Shown one piece after another: positions 8,586 through 17,547 of a stretch of DNA of 23,153 nt (the first letter of the stretch is position 1; each line of letters starts with the position of its first letter). Position numbers and translations under genes: made by a program. Location: contig CAWGRK010000010.1 in NCBI GenBank assembly GCA_963824995.1, forward strand, positions 246,928-270,080, read 5' to 3'. Origin of the DNA: an uncultured Actinomycetes bacterium. Lineage in GTDB: Bacteria; Actinomycetota; Acidimicrobiia; Spongiisociales; DATADW01. The notes beneath the pieces are model-generated. The model ran no database searches, was not told the origin of the DNA, and worked only from the letters and a program-made list of their open reading frames with translations.

Positions 8586-8705
8586 GGTCCTCCCGCAGGG
8601 GGGACCCGCTGCGGAGCAGCGGGTAGGGGGGCTGCCGCACTCCCAACCATGCGGAGCCACCCCCTCCGCTCGCTGCGCCGCGTGAGTCCCCGTCACCGGG
8701 GGAGG
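8586..8705. repeat. Inverted pair of REP-like multi-hairpin elements; may also act as terminator/stabiliser after msrB
   Basis: Hairpins GGTCCTCCC-GCA-GGGGGGACC (8586-8606) and ACCCGCTGC-GGA-GCAGCGGGT (8604-8624), then AGGGGG. A degenerate inverted copy lies at 8660-8705. Confidence 0.55.
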
Positions 8706-8734
8706 CTGCCTCGTTGCTCCGATAGCCTCGGCCG

Positions 8735-9496
8735 ATGGCACGCGCAATTGCCGTCGCCAACCAGAAGGGCGGGGTGGCCAAGACCACCACGGTGCACTCG
8801 CTGGGCGCTGCTCTGGCGGAGCGCGGGCGGCGGGTTTTGTTGGTGGATCTCGACCCCCAGGCGGGGCTCACCTACTCCGCTGGGATCGATGCCGACCAGT
8901 TGCAACGATCCCTCTTCGATGTGCTCATGGGTCACAGCGAAGCCGGCGCCGTGCTCTGGGAGGCTTCGGGGTGCGACATCCTCCCCGCCGCGATCGACCT
9001 CGCCGGCGTGGAGGTACATCTGGTGACCCGTACCGGTCGGGAGCACACGCTGGCGCGATCGCTGGCGCCCATCCTCGACGGTTACGACGTGGTGATCATC
9101 GATTGCCCGCCATCGCTCGGTCTGCTCACGGTCAACGGACTGACCGCAGCCACCGAGGTCCTGATACCGCTGCAGCCGGAGACACTCAGCCACCGGGCGG
9201 TCGGCCAGCTGCTCGATACGGTGGAAGAGGTCCGCACCTTCACAAATCCTGGGCTGACCGTCCTGGGGGTGGTGGCCACGATGTATGACGGCCGCACCAG
9301 ATTGGCCCGCCAGATCCTCGGACAGGTTGGTGACACCTATCGGGTCACCCTGCTCGAGCCTCCTATCCCTCGCTCCATCCGGGTGGCCGAGTCCCCGGGG
9401 CGGGGACTTTCGGTCCTGGAACACGCCCCGCGATCGTCGGCTGCCGATGCCTACCGACAGATTGCGGCGGTCCTCGACCCAGAAGAGGACGGTTGA
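8735..9496 (+). CDS. ParA/Soj family ATPase (orphan)
   Basis: ANQKGGVAKTTT deviant Walker A, DLDPQ, IDCPPSLGLLTVNGL, TMYDGRT, IPRSIRVAESP. TAGCCT -10 six nt before the ATG. Confidence 0.92.
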   Translation: MARAIAVANQKGGVAKTTTVHSLGAALAERGRRVLLVDLDPQAGLTYSAGIDADQLQRSLFDVLMGHSEAGAVLWEASGCDILPAAIDLAGVEVHLVTRTGREHTLARSLAPILDGYDVVIIDCPPSLGLLTVNGLTAATEVLIPLQPETLSHRAVGQLLDTVEEVRTFTNPGLTVLGVVATMYDGRTRLARQILGQVGDTYRVTLLEPPIPRSIRVAESPGRGLSVLEHAPRSSAADAYRQIAAVLDPEEDG

Positions 9497-10081
9497 GCAC
9501 AGGCTGCCAGGGGCGCGGCTTCGATCAGCCGCATCAGCGGCTGGCGCTCGACATCGTCGAGCACGAGCGCCGCCGCTTCGGTGGCCACGTCGACCACCAG
9601 AGTCGGCCCGTCTGTCTCCTCGATCACCCCGCCTACGCGCTCCAAGACGGAGAGCATCCGATGGTTGTCGGTGAGGAGGTGCGCCTTGAGCAGGTCGATC
9701 CCGTTGCGATGGGCCGCCAGGGCGGTCGCCGATACCAGGAAGCCGCCGACACCGCCGCCCTTGAAACTCGTCGATCACGGTGACCGCCAGTTCGGCGATG
9801 GAGGGCGTTTGCTTCAGGCGGACGTACCTGGCGGTGGCCACCGGCCGCTCCTCGGGGAGCGGACCGAGAACTCCCCAGGCGAAATGGTCGATTTGGTCGA
9901 TCCGGGTGAAGTAGTCGAGTTGGCGTTCGGTAATACGCGAGGTCGGCGTCATGAACCGCCGATAGCGGGATTCATCGGACAGCGAATCGAATCCTGCCGC
10001 CACCAACCCCCTGTCGGACGATCGCAGCGGGCGGACCGATAGACCGGTGCCATCGCGCAGTATGTGAATGTGCCTGTTCAT
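9451..10081 (-). CDS. GNAT family N-acetyltransferase; frameshift at ~9755
   Basis: LRDGTGLSVRPL, LSDESRYRRF, VATARYVR, AELAVTVIDEFQG. The acetyl-CoA motif QG(R)GVG is broken by one extra base, after which the frame gives GVGGFLV...AHLLTDNHRMLSVLERVG. Confidence 0.8.
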
Positions 10082-10086
10082 AGTCT

Positions 10087-10102
10087 GCTTGCATTTGCAA
10101 GC
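10087..10102. promoter_or_regulatory. Palindromic operator candidate GCTTGCA-TT-TGCAAGC
   Basis: 7-bp perfect inverted repeat, AT-rich for this genome, 5 nt upstream of the GNAT start in a divergent intergenic region. Confidence 0.5.
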
Positions 10103-10155
10103 GTAGTGCGTGCTGCGAGTTATCGCCATCTCCATAGCTAGCCTTTCGCGACCCC

Positions 10156-11727
10156 ATGCGACCGATACAACGATCGATGCTGGTCTGCGCCCTGGCTGTC
10201 CTGTCGCTGGGACTGGTCGGTTGCCTCCCCGACGCCTTGACTCCGCTGCCAGGCGACAGCGTGGATGAGGGTGGCGTGGACGGAGGCGGTATCGCGCCGA
10301 GTGGATCCACCGTGCCCGAAACTCCATTGCTCCAAGTCAAGGTGATCGATGACCGGGGCGACCCCGTTGCCAAGGCGCGGGTGCGGTTCGATGGATCAAC
10401 GGCAATGGTCACCGCCGACGATGGTCTGGTCTCGGTCCCTTGGCTCGGCGAACCCGTCGAGGTCATTGCTGCGGCGCGAGGGTTCACCCCGGCGACCCTG
10501 GTCGTCGAGCAGAGACGGCAGGAGCCTCTCGAAATGCCGATCGACCCGGTCGTGCTGCGAGGCCGGGTGACCACCGAGGCCGGGGCGGCGTTGGGCGGCG
10601 CCACCGTCAACTTGGGTGGTCGATCGGTCGTCACTACGCCTGACGGCCGGTTCTCGCTGCGCCGAGTAGTCCCCGGACGGGTCGTCGTCGCAAAGCCCGG
10701 CTGGGAGCAGGCCTCCGTCGAGTGGGCCGGAAGGGCCGGCCAGATCGAACTGAGTCTCGAGCCCTTCATGGCGCGAGGCCTCCACATCGGTGGTTGGGTC
10801 GTGGCGCAGGACCGCTGGGAGTCGCTACTCGACCTGGCCGACCGGACCGAGATCAACACCATGGTGGTGGACGTCAAGGACGAATCGGGGATGGTCTTCC
10901 ACATGAGCGACGTTCCGGTGGCGCGGCGGATAGGCGCCCGGCGCACCGACTACGACGCCGCCGAACTCGCCAAGGCGATGGATCAGCGTGACATCTACCT
11001 CGTCGGCCGCGTGGTGGCATTTCAGGACCCGGTTGCCGCCCAGGCCATCCCGGCCATGGCGGTTATGGACCGAGCCACCGGTGAGCCGTTCACCAAGAAC
11101 GGGCAGTGGTTTCTCGACCCCACCGACGGCGCCGCCCAGAAGTACGCCACCGACATCGCGGTGGAGGCTTGCCGCGCCGGGTTCGATGAGATCCAGTTCG
11201 ACTACGTCAGGTTCCCTGACGGGTATCCCGACTCGGCCCGTTTCGACGGGCCGACTGGTGAGGAAGGACGCGTCAATACCATCACGGGGTTCCTCGAGAA
11301 GGCACGCGAGCGACTCCACGCCGAGGGCTGCGCCGTGGGCGCCGACATCTTCGGGTTCATCGTCTCGATACCAGACGACGGTGGGATCGGTCAGCGACTC
11401 GAGGAGTTGACCAAGGCGGTGGACGTCCTCTCTCCGATGGTCTACCCGAGCCACTACGGGACCGGTTGGTTCGGGCACGAATGCCCCAACGACTACCCCG
11501 GGTCGGTGATGGCGGGCGCGCTCGATGATGCCTCGGACCGCCCACTCGGCGCTGCCCAGATCCGTCCCTGGATCCAGGACTTCGACTGGACGCCATGCGG
11601 CACCACCGAGTACGAGGTCGACGAACTGCGCGCCCAGATCGATGCCGCCGCCGCACGGGACATGGGGTACATGGTCTGGAACGCCGCCAGCCTGTTCACC
11701 GAGGGCGCATTTCAACCCGAGGGCTAG
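10156..11727 (+). CDS. Putative glycoside hydrolase (DUF4015-like) lipoprotein with N-terminal carboxypeptidase-regulatory-like domains
   Basis: Signal peptide with lipobox LVGC. C-terminal NTMVVDVKDESG, RVVAFQDP, GFDEIQFDYVRFPD, ADIFG, IGQ, SPMVYPSHY, RPWIQDF, WNA. Confidence 0.8.
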   Translation: MRPIQRSMLVCALAVLSLGLVGCLPDALTPLPGDSVDEGGVDGGGIAPSGSTVPETPLLQVKVIDDRGDPVAKARVRFDGSTAMVTADDGLVSVPWLGEPVEVIAAARGFTPATLVVEQRRQEPLEMPIDPVVLRGRVTTEAGAALGGATVNLGGRSVVTTPDGRFSLRRVVPGRVVVAKPGWEQASVEWAGRAGQIELSLEPFMARGLHIGGWVVAQDRWESLLDLADRTEINTMVVDVKDESGMVFHMSDVPVARRIGARRTDYDAAELAKAMDQRDIYLVGRVVAFQDPVAAQAIPAMAVMDRATGEPFTKNGQWFLDPTDGAAQKYATDIAVEACRAGFDEIQFDYVRFPDGYPDSARFDGPTGEEGRVNTITGFLEKARERLHAEGCAVGADIFGFIVSIPDDGGIGQRLEELTKAVDVLSPMVYPSHYGTGWFGHECPNDYPGSVMAGALDDASDRPLGAAQIRPWIQDFDWTPCGTTEYEVDELRAQIDAAAARDMGYMVWNAASLFTEGAFQPEG

Positions 11728-11848
11728 GTCCGACGAACCGTCGTGTGGGTTGCTTCTCGCTACCGGCAGCGTTCAGGCGTCTAGCGTCAGTCCGAATGCC
11801 GCCGACCCACCATGACCTTGCGATCGCCGCTACCGCGGTGCCGAGGCT

Positions 11849-12487
11849 ATGACCGAACCGCCGGTCCCCGCCGTAGTCGTCGATCACCGCCTACCGCCAT
11901 CCGTGCTGCGTCTTGTCGCCGGCGTCGTCGCCCTCGGCCTCGAGCGCCTCACCGTCTACGCCTCGGCATTGGAGGCGCGCCTCGCCATGGTCCCAGGCGA
12001 CCCGGGTAGTGAAGAGACCCGCCGTGCCACGGCTCTGGCCGTGGGGGCGATTCTGTCGTTGCCCGACTACGCCAGGGCAGCACTGACCACCACCGACCGG
12101 GCGCGCCGGTCGGTTGGTCGATTCACCGGGCCGGTGACCTCCTTGGTCTCGGCGGTCTGGCCGGGTTCGGCGGTTGCCGACCGGGTAGATCGAATCCGGC
12201 TCTCACTCCAGGAGGAAATCGAGCGGATCGTGACTCTGGGCAAGCTCGAGGCCCCACGCACCGAGGCCATGGCCATCCGAGCCGTCGAAGAGACCGTCGC
12301 GGGGTTCATGGGTCGCCTCGCCAAGAGCGAGGCGTTGCGTGATCTGGTCACCGACGCCAGCGCCGGGCTGACCCAGAGCGCGGTGGCCGAGGTGAGGGAT
12401 GCCGCTGCCGACATCGATGACCACGCAGAGGCGTTCGTCCGACGGCTGCTGGGACGGTCCAGACGCCCATCACCGGCGGCGGAATGA
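11849..12487 (+). CDS. Hypothetical protein (helical), coupled to RDD protein
   Basis: 212-aa ORF with plausible composition; stop overlaps the next ATG (ATGA). Confidence 0.6.
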   Translation: MTEPPVPAVVVDHRLPPSVLRLVAGVVALGLERLTVYASALEARLAMVPGDPGSEETRRATALAVGAILSLPDYARAALTTTDRARRSVGRFTGPVTSLVSAVWPGSAVADRVDRIRLSLQEEIERIVTLGKLEAPRTEAMAIRAVEETVAGFMGRLAKSEALRDLVTDASAGLTQSAVAEVRDAAADIDDHAEAFVRRLLGRSRRPSPAAE

Positions 12488-12960
12488 ACGATCCGATCGA
12501 GCAGCGCAGCGGGATGACCGCAGGGTTCATGAGCCGCGCTCTTGCCATCGTCATCGACACGGTTTTGCTCACCGTGATCATCGCCGGAGGCGGGTGGGTG
12601 CTCCGGAGCTTCTTCGACTTGATCCTCGGGGCGCGGCCTTTCGAGCTGAGCCCGACGGTCCTCTTCTTCGTGGCTCCTGTGATCGCCGTTCTCTACTTCG
12701 CCCTGTCCACCGACCTCACCGGCCGCACTCCGGGAAAGTGGCTCATGGGTCTGCGGGTAGTGAGGACCGGCGGTGGCGACATCAACCTGGGCAGGGCGGT
12801 GCTCCGCTCCATCGGTTACATGGTGTCGCTGATTCCTCTGGGCGCCGGTTTCCTATGGGTCCTGGTGGACGACGAGCGCAGGGGCTGGCACGACCACCTC
12901 GCCGGGACCAAGGTGCAACATCAGCCGGGGAAGGTGCTCACCCACCATCCTGAGCCCTGA
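12484..12960 (+). CDS. RDD family membrane protein
   Basis: AGFMSRALAIVID, GRTPGKWLMGLRVV, RRGWHDHLAGTKV. Confidence 0.9.
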   Translation: MNDPIEQRSGMTAGFMSRALAIVIDTVLLTVIIAGGGWVLRSFFDLILGARPFELSPTVLFFVAPVIAVLYFALSTDLTGRTPGKWLMGLRVVRTGGGDINLGRAVLRSIGYMVSLIPLGAGFLWVLVDDERRGWHDHLAGTKVQHQPGKVLTHHPEP

Positions 12961-13086
12961 GGGCAGTGTCACCACTGACACCTCTGCGTAGCCGAGATCC
13001 TGGCCCGCCTCGAGCCCGCTCCTTTGTGACGCCCGACCGACGCCCTCACCTGTCGGGGGGGATGCCACGTCGTTAGGGTCAACTCG

Positions 13087-14486
13087 GTGGCCGCCAGTTT
13101 CGATCTGATAGTCATCGGCTCGGGCCCGGCTGGCGAGGCGGCCGCCGAACTGGCCGCCACTTTTGGCCGCACGGTCGCCGTGGTGGAGCGTTCGGCGCCG
13201 GGAGGGACCGTGACAACCACCGGAGGAGCTCCCACCAAGACTCTGCGGGAAGCGGCTCTCTACTTGACCGGGTTCCGCGACCGAGACGTGTACCAGGTCT
13301 CGCTGGAGACACCGCCGCAGGTCGCAATAGAGCGCATCGCAAAGAGAACCGAGGAGGTGTGCTCTCTCCTCCAAAAGGTCACCGCGCGGTCGATCAGCGA
13401 CTGTGGAGTCGTGTGGATTCGTGGATCCGGACGACTCACCGACGATGGAAAGGTCGAGGTCGACGGCGCCGACGGGCCGACTCTGGTCGAAGCCCCGGCG
13501 GTGGTGATCGCCACCGGCTCGGGGCCGCATCATCCCGATGGGATTCCCTTCGACGACCCCGGGGTATGCGACTCCGACGAGGTGCTCCGATTGCACCGCG
13601 TGCCCGACCGGTTGCTCGTGGTGGGCGCCGGGCCGGTTGGCATCGAGTTCGCCACGGCCTTCGCCGCCCTCGGCGTCGAGGTGATCATCTCCGATCTCCT
13701 CGAGCGGATCCTGCCCGCCATGGATGACGAGATCGTGGCGGCGATGAAAGCCGAACTCGAAAAGATGGGGATCGGGACGAGGCTCGGGGTGCGGACTGAC
13801 CGGGTGGAACGCGTTGGCGACCATCTCGTCGCCACGCTTGCCGACGGATCGACCATCGTCGCCGACGTGGTCCTCTTCGCGGCAGGACGTGACCCCAACA
13901 CAACGGGTCTGGGACTCGAGGTTGCGGGTGTGGGAACCGACTCGCGGGGCGGATCCTGGTCGACGATCGGTTCCGCACCACCGTCCCCGGCATCTACGCG
14001 GTGGGCGACGTCCTGGGGGCAACGGTGGCGTCGGTGGCCGCCGAGCAGGGACGGGTGGCCGTCGCTCACGCCCTGGGTCTCGACTTCATCGAGACGGTCA
14101 ATCCGCTGTGGGTCTCGGCGGTGTACGGGACACCCGAGGTGGCCGGGGCGGGTCTGACCGAGCAGGAGTGTCGCCAACGCGGCGTCGTCTACGAGGTTGG
14201 CCGTGCCGACCTCGCCGAGCTTCCCAGGGGCGCTATCGCCGGCAGGGGCGGTCTGCTCAAGCTGATAGTGCGCCGCTGGGACCGCCGCCTGATCGGCGTC
14301 CACTGCATCGGCGACATAGCCTCGGAGATCGTCGCCGCCGGTTCCATGGTCCTCGCCTTGCGCGGGACGGTGGAGATGTTCACCACACTCACCCTCCCCA
14401 CCCCGACCTACGCGTCGGCGTTCAAGGTGGCAGCATTCGATGCGATGCGCCGACTCATGTCGGGGCACTGGCCGGGTCACGGATAG
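13087..14486 (+). CDS. FAD-dependent pyridine nucleotide-disulfide oxidoreductase, soluble transhydrogenase (SthA)-like; frameshift at ~13950
   Basis: IGSGPAGE, PTKTLREAALYL, IATGS, VVGAGPVGIEFA, FAAGRDPNT. After a one-base loss (DSRG/RILVDDRFRTTVPGIYAVGDV) it continues in ORF 14001..14486 (VYGTPEVA, LIGVHCIG, PTYASAFKVAA). Confidence 0.8.
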
Positions 14487-14490
14487 CCTC

Positions 14491-15465
14491 GTGCGGGCGC
14501 TCGTCTGCCACCAGTTGACCGGACCGGGAGACCTCGTGTACGAGGACGACTTCCCTCCACCCAGCACCGCCCCGGGCGCCGTCCGCATCGAGGTCAGTCG
14601 TGCCGGGGTCAACTTTCCCGACCTGCTGATGACCTTCGGGCGGTACCAGTTCCGCCCCGAACTTCCTTTCGCACCCGGGCTGGAGGTGGCCGGGACCGTG
14701 ACCGATGCTGCCGGGGCTGTAGGTGGGTTCTCACCGGGTGATCGGGTCATGGCGGTGGTCGGGCATGGCGGCTGGGCAACGGAGGTGGTTGCACCGGCGG
14801 CGATGACCTTCCCTGCGCCCCAAGAACTGACAGACAACGAGGTCGCCGCCTTCCCTCTCGCCTACGGCACCGCGATCCATGCGCTCATTGACCGGGGGGC
14901 GCTCCAGGCTGGCGAGCGACTGCTGGTCACGGGTGCCTCGGGCGGTGTCGGCATGGCGGCGATCCAGGTGGGCCGCCAACTCGGAGCGCGGGTCGTGGCG
15001 GTGGTGAGCAGCGAGGAGAAGGCAACGCTGGCCACCGCCCTCGGTGCCGACGAGGTCATCGTGGCCGACGGTGAGCTGCGCCCTCGACTGCGAGAGGCGA
15101 GCCCCGATGGCTTCGACGTGGTGTTCGACCCAGTGGGCGGCGACCAGTTCGAGGTACTGGCCCGTTCGCTGGCGTGGCGAGGGAGGCTGTTGGTGGTCGG
15201 GTTCGCCTCTGGGTCCATCCCGGCGATTCCTGCCAACATCGCCCTGCTCAAAGGGGCGTCGGTTGTGGGCGTTTTCTGGGGTGCTTTCACCGCCCGCCAG
15301 CCCGACCACAACCGGGCGCTCTTCGACCGCCTCTTCGAATGGGTGCGTGCCAACGAGTTGCGCCCCCACGTCTCGATGGTCGTTCCTCTGGAGAGTGGGG
15401 CCGATGCCCTAATCGCCATGGCGGAGCGGCGCCTCTTGGGCAAGGCGGTACTCCAGCTTCGCTGA
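14491..15465 (+). CDS. NADPH:quinone oxidoreductase (zeta-crystallin/MDR family)
   Basis: GVNFPDLL, PFAPGLEVAG, LVTGASGGVG, DVVFDPVGG, VGFASGSIP, LLKGASVVGVFWG. Confidence 0.92.
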   Translation: MRALVCHQLTGPGDLVYEDDFPPPSTAPGAVRIEVSRAGVNFPDLLMTFGRYQFRPELPFAPGLEVAGTVTDAAGAVGGFSPGDRVMAVVGHGGWATEVVAPAAMTFPAPQELTDNEVAAFPLAYGTAIHALIDRGALQAGERLLVTGASGGVGMAAIQVGRQLGARVVAVVSSEEKATLATALGADEVIVADGELRPRLREASPDGFDVVFDPVGGDQFEVLARSLAWRGRLLVVGFASGSIPAIPANIALLKGASVVGVFWGAFTARQPDHNRALFDRLFEWVRANELRPHVSMVVPLESGADALIAMAERRLLGKAVLQLR

Positions 15466-15467
15466 GA

Positions 15468-16049
15468 TCACCGACGGGGCGGGTCGAGCGGAACGCCGGC
15501 GGCTTCAGCGACCACCCGGAAGGAACGCGCCAGCGTTCCCGCCGACTCGTGGGCGTTGAGACCGCTCGGGTTGCCCAGCACGTACAGACCGGTCCCGCCG
15601 AGCGACTCGGGCTGGCGCCCTGGCACCGCCTTCGGACGGGAGAAACCGATTCGGTAGGCGGTGACGCCGAGCACCGCGGCGACCTTGGGACGCCACATCT
15701 CTACCAGCGCGGTCAGCGATGCCGCCCCTTCCTGTAGCTCGGCAGACGACAGCTCGTCGGCCCGCACCGTTGCTCGGTTGACCAGATTGGTGACCCCAAC
15801 CCCCCGATCCAACAGGTGCTGACGGGCAGCCTCGTCGAGCCCGGCGGCCGGATCAAGCAGCCGATCGGTGATCCCCGCCATGTACAGCGCCGGGTAGAAG
15901 CGGTTCCCTGGCCGGGCGAAATGGGTGTTGGTGGCGGCGGTCCACAAACCAGGGTTGATCCCGATGAACAGCAGTTTCACACCGGGTCCGATGAGATCGT
16001 CCACCGGCTGATCGCGGAAGGCCTCGAGTTCCAGCTTGGTGAAACCCAC
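15468..16049 (-). CDS. mug: G/U mismatch-specific DNA glycosylase
   Basis: LFIGINPG, HFARPGNRFYPAL, GVTNLVNRAT..ADEL, NPSGLNAH. GTG 16049 chosen because TATGGT lies six nt upstream. Confidence 0.9.
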   Translation of the reverse strand: MGFTKLELEAFRDQPVDDLIGPGVKLLFIGINPGLWTAATNTHFARPGNRFYPALYMAGITDRLLDPAAGLDEAARQHLLDRGVGVTNLVNRATVRADELSSAELQEGAASLTALVEMWRPKVAAVLGVTAYRIGFSRPKAVPGRQPESLGGTGLYVLGNPSGLNAHESAGTLARSFRVVAEAAGVPLDPPRR

Positions 16050-16117
16050 TGGCGCACCATAGGAGGAACCTGCAACCGGACGACGTGGACCGGTGTTCTT
16101 CATGCAGGATGGTGATC

Positions 16118-16696
16118 ATGACGGCTGTGGTGGATGCAGAAACGCGGGACTCCGAGATCGTGCACCTCTTGGCGGCGGGCGTCGACGATGCCTTCCCCGC
16201 CATGGTGCGCGCTTTCGAGGACGGGCTGTTCTCCGGACTCCTCCGGATGGTCGGCAACAGGGGCGACGCCGAGGATCTCGCCCAGGAGACCTTTGCCAGG
16301 GCATACCGCTCTCTGCGCGACTTCCCACCCGACCGGATCCTCGCCCTCCGGCTTCGCGGGTGGTTGTGGACCATCGCGCTCAATCTCACCCGCAACCGGG
16401 CGAGAACCACCAGCCGCAAACCCCCGCCGCTGGAACTGACAACACCCCGTGAACCTGTCATGCCCGGCCCCGGCCCCGAGGAGTCGGCACTGATCGCCGA
16501 AGCGGAGAGCGAGTGGCACCGCAGGCTGGCGGCGATCCGATCGGTGCAGCGCATCGCTGTCGTGCTGCGCCACATCGTTGGGCTCAGCTACGAGGAGATC
16601 GCCGAGGCCACAGGCCGGCCGTCGGGGACGGTCAAGGCAGATGTGCACCGCGGGTTGGCGACGCTGCGAGCCCTGCTCGACGAGGAGGAACGATGA
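16118..16696 (+). CDS. ECF RNA polymerase sigma-70 factor
   Basis: Region 2 DAEDLAQETF...WLWTIALNLTRN; region 4 VVLRHIVGLSYEEIAEATGRPSGTVKADVHRG. Confidence 0.92.
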   Translation: MTAVVDAETRDSEIVHLLAAGVDDAFPAMVRAFEDGLFSGLLRMVGNRGDAEDLAQETFARAYRSLRDFPPDRILALRLRGWLWTIALNLTRNRARTTSRKPPPLELTTPREPVMPGPGPEESALIAEAESEWHRRLAAIRSVQRIAVVLRHIVGLSYEEIAEATGRPSGTVKADVHRGLATLRALLDEEER

Positions 16697-17469
16697 TGGA
16701 TGTGATCGAGGGTTTGGAAGGGCTGCGCACAACCGCACCGCCTTCGCTTCTGACGAGAGTTCTTGCGGCGACAGGTCTGGCCGACGGATACGTCCGGGTT
16801 CCAGGCCCCATGGGAGACCTCTTCGTGGCCTTCAGCCCCGACGGTGTCTCCTGGATCGCCCCCGCCGTAGATGAGGCCGAGTTCGAGGCAGCGTTCCGTC
16901 TCCACGTGGGTCGTGAGATCGTGTCGGTTCCCACCTTTCCTCCGAAGTGGCAGCGCGCTCTCGACCGGGCGCTCGACACGGGGCGACTCGGGTCGCTCCC
17001 GGTGGATCTCCGGAGCGTGTCCCCGTTCCAGGCCGAGGTGCTGCGTGCCATCACCGCCATCCCACCGGGCGAGGTCCGCCCATACGCCTGGGTGGCCCGT
17101 CAGGTGGGGCGTCCTGGGGCTGTCCGAGCGGTGGGAACAGCAATGGCGAGGAACCCGGTTCCGGTCGTGGTCCCATGCCACCGCGTCATCCGCTCCGACG
17201 GGACGGTTGGCAATTACGCCTACGGCCCCGAGATGAAGCGTGCCCTGCTAGCCGCCGAGGGTCTCGACGTCGCCGAGATGGAAGCCGAAGCCATCGCCGG
17301 CCACCGTCTCACCGGGAGCGACACCACCCACATCTACTGCTACCCGAGCTGCCACCACGCCCGCCGCGTCACCGACAAGCACCGCGTCTGGTTCCACGAC
17401 GCCTCCCAAGCCACCGCGGCGGGGTATCGGCCGTGCAAACGCTGCACGCCACTCGAAGCGGCTGCCTGA
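16693..17469 (+). CDS. Methylated-DNA-protein-cysteine methyltransferase (Ogt) with C-terminal Ada-type Zn-binding domain
   Basis: IPPGEVRPYAWVA, AVRAVGTAMARNP, active site PCHRV; C-terminal TTHIYCYPSC...GYRPCKRC. ATGA overlap with the sigma gene and RBS GAGGAGG. Confidence 0.9.
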   Translation: MMDVIEGLEGLRTTAPPSLLTRVLAATGLADGYVRVPGPMGDLFVAFSPDGVSWIAPAVDEAEFEAAFRLHVGREIVSVPTFPPKWQRALDRALDTGRLGSLPVDLRSVSPFQAEVLRAITAIPPGEVRPYAWVARQVGRPGAVRAVGTAMARNPVPVVVPCHRVIRSDGTVGNYAYGPEMKRALLAAEGLDVAEMEAEAIAGHRLTGSDTTHIYCYPSCHHARRVTDKHRVWFHDASQATAAGYRPCKRCTPLEAAA

Positions 17470-17480
17470 ACGGTACTGGG

Positions 17481-17514
17481 CTCCCCTCCTGAAGGGAGGG
17501 GTTGGGGGAGGGTG
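17481..17514. repeat. Short palindromic repeat CTCCCCTCC-TGAAG-GGAGGGGTTGGGGGAGGG
   Basis: Hairpin CCCCTCC/GGAGGGG followed by a G-rich tail, just beyond the 3' end of the DUF559 gene. Confidence 0.6.
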
Positions 17515-17547
17515 ATCGGCAACGGGCGAGATCCCCCCCCTCGACGC

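Noticed and set aside
8735..9496. parA as sign of a plasmid, prophage or partition locus
   Set aside because: No parB, parS, rep, integrase or phage genes nearby; orphan Soj-like ParA genes are common in actinobacterial chromosomes.
8693..10327. 544-aa minus-strand ORF as one protein
   Set aside because: Only 10081 to ~9755 is real (GNAT N-terminal half); the rest is frameshift read-through antisense to parA.
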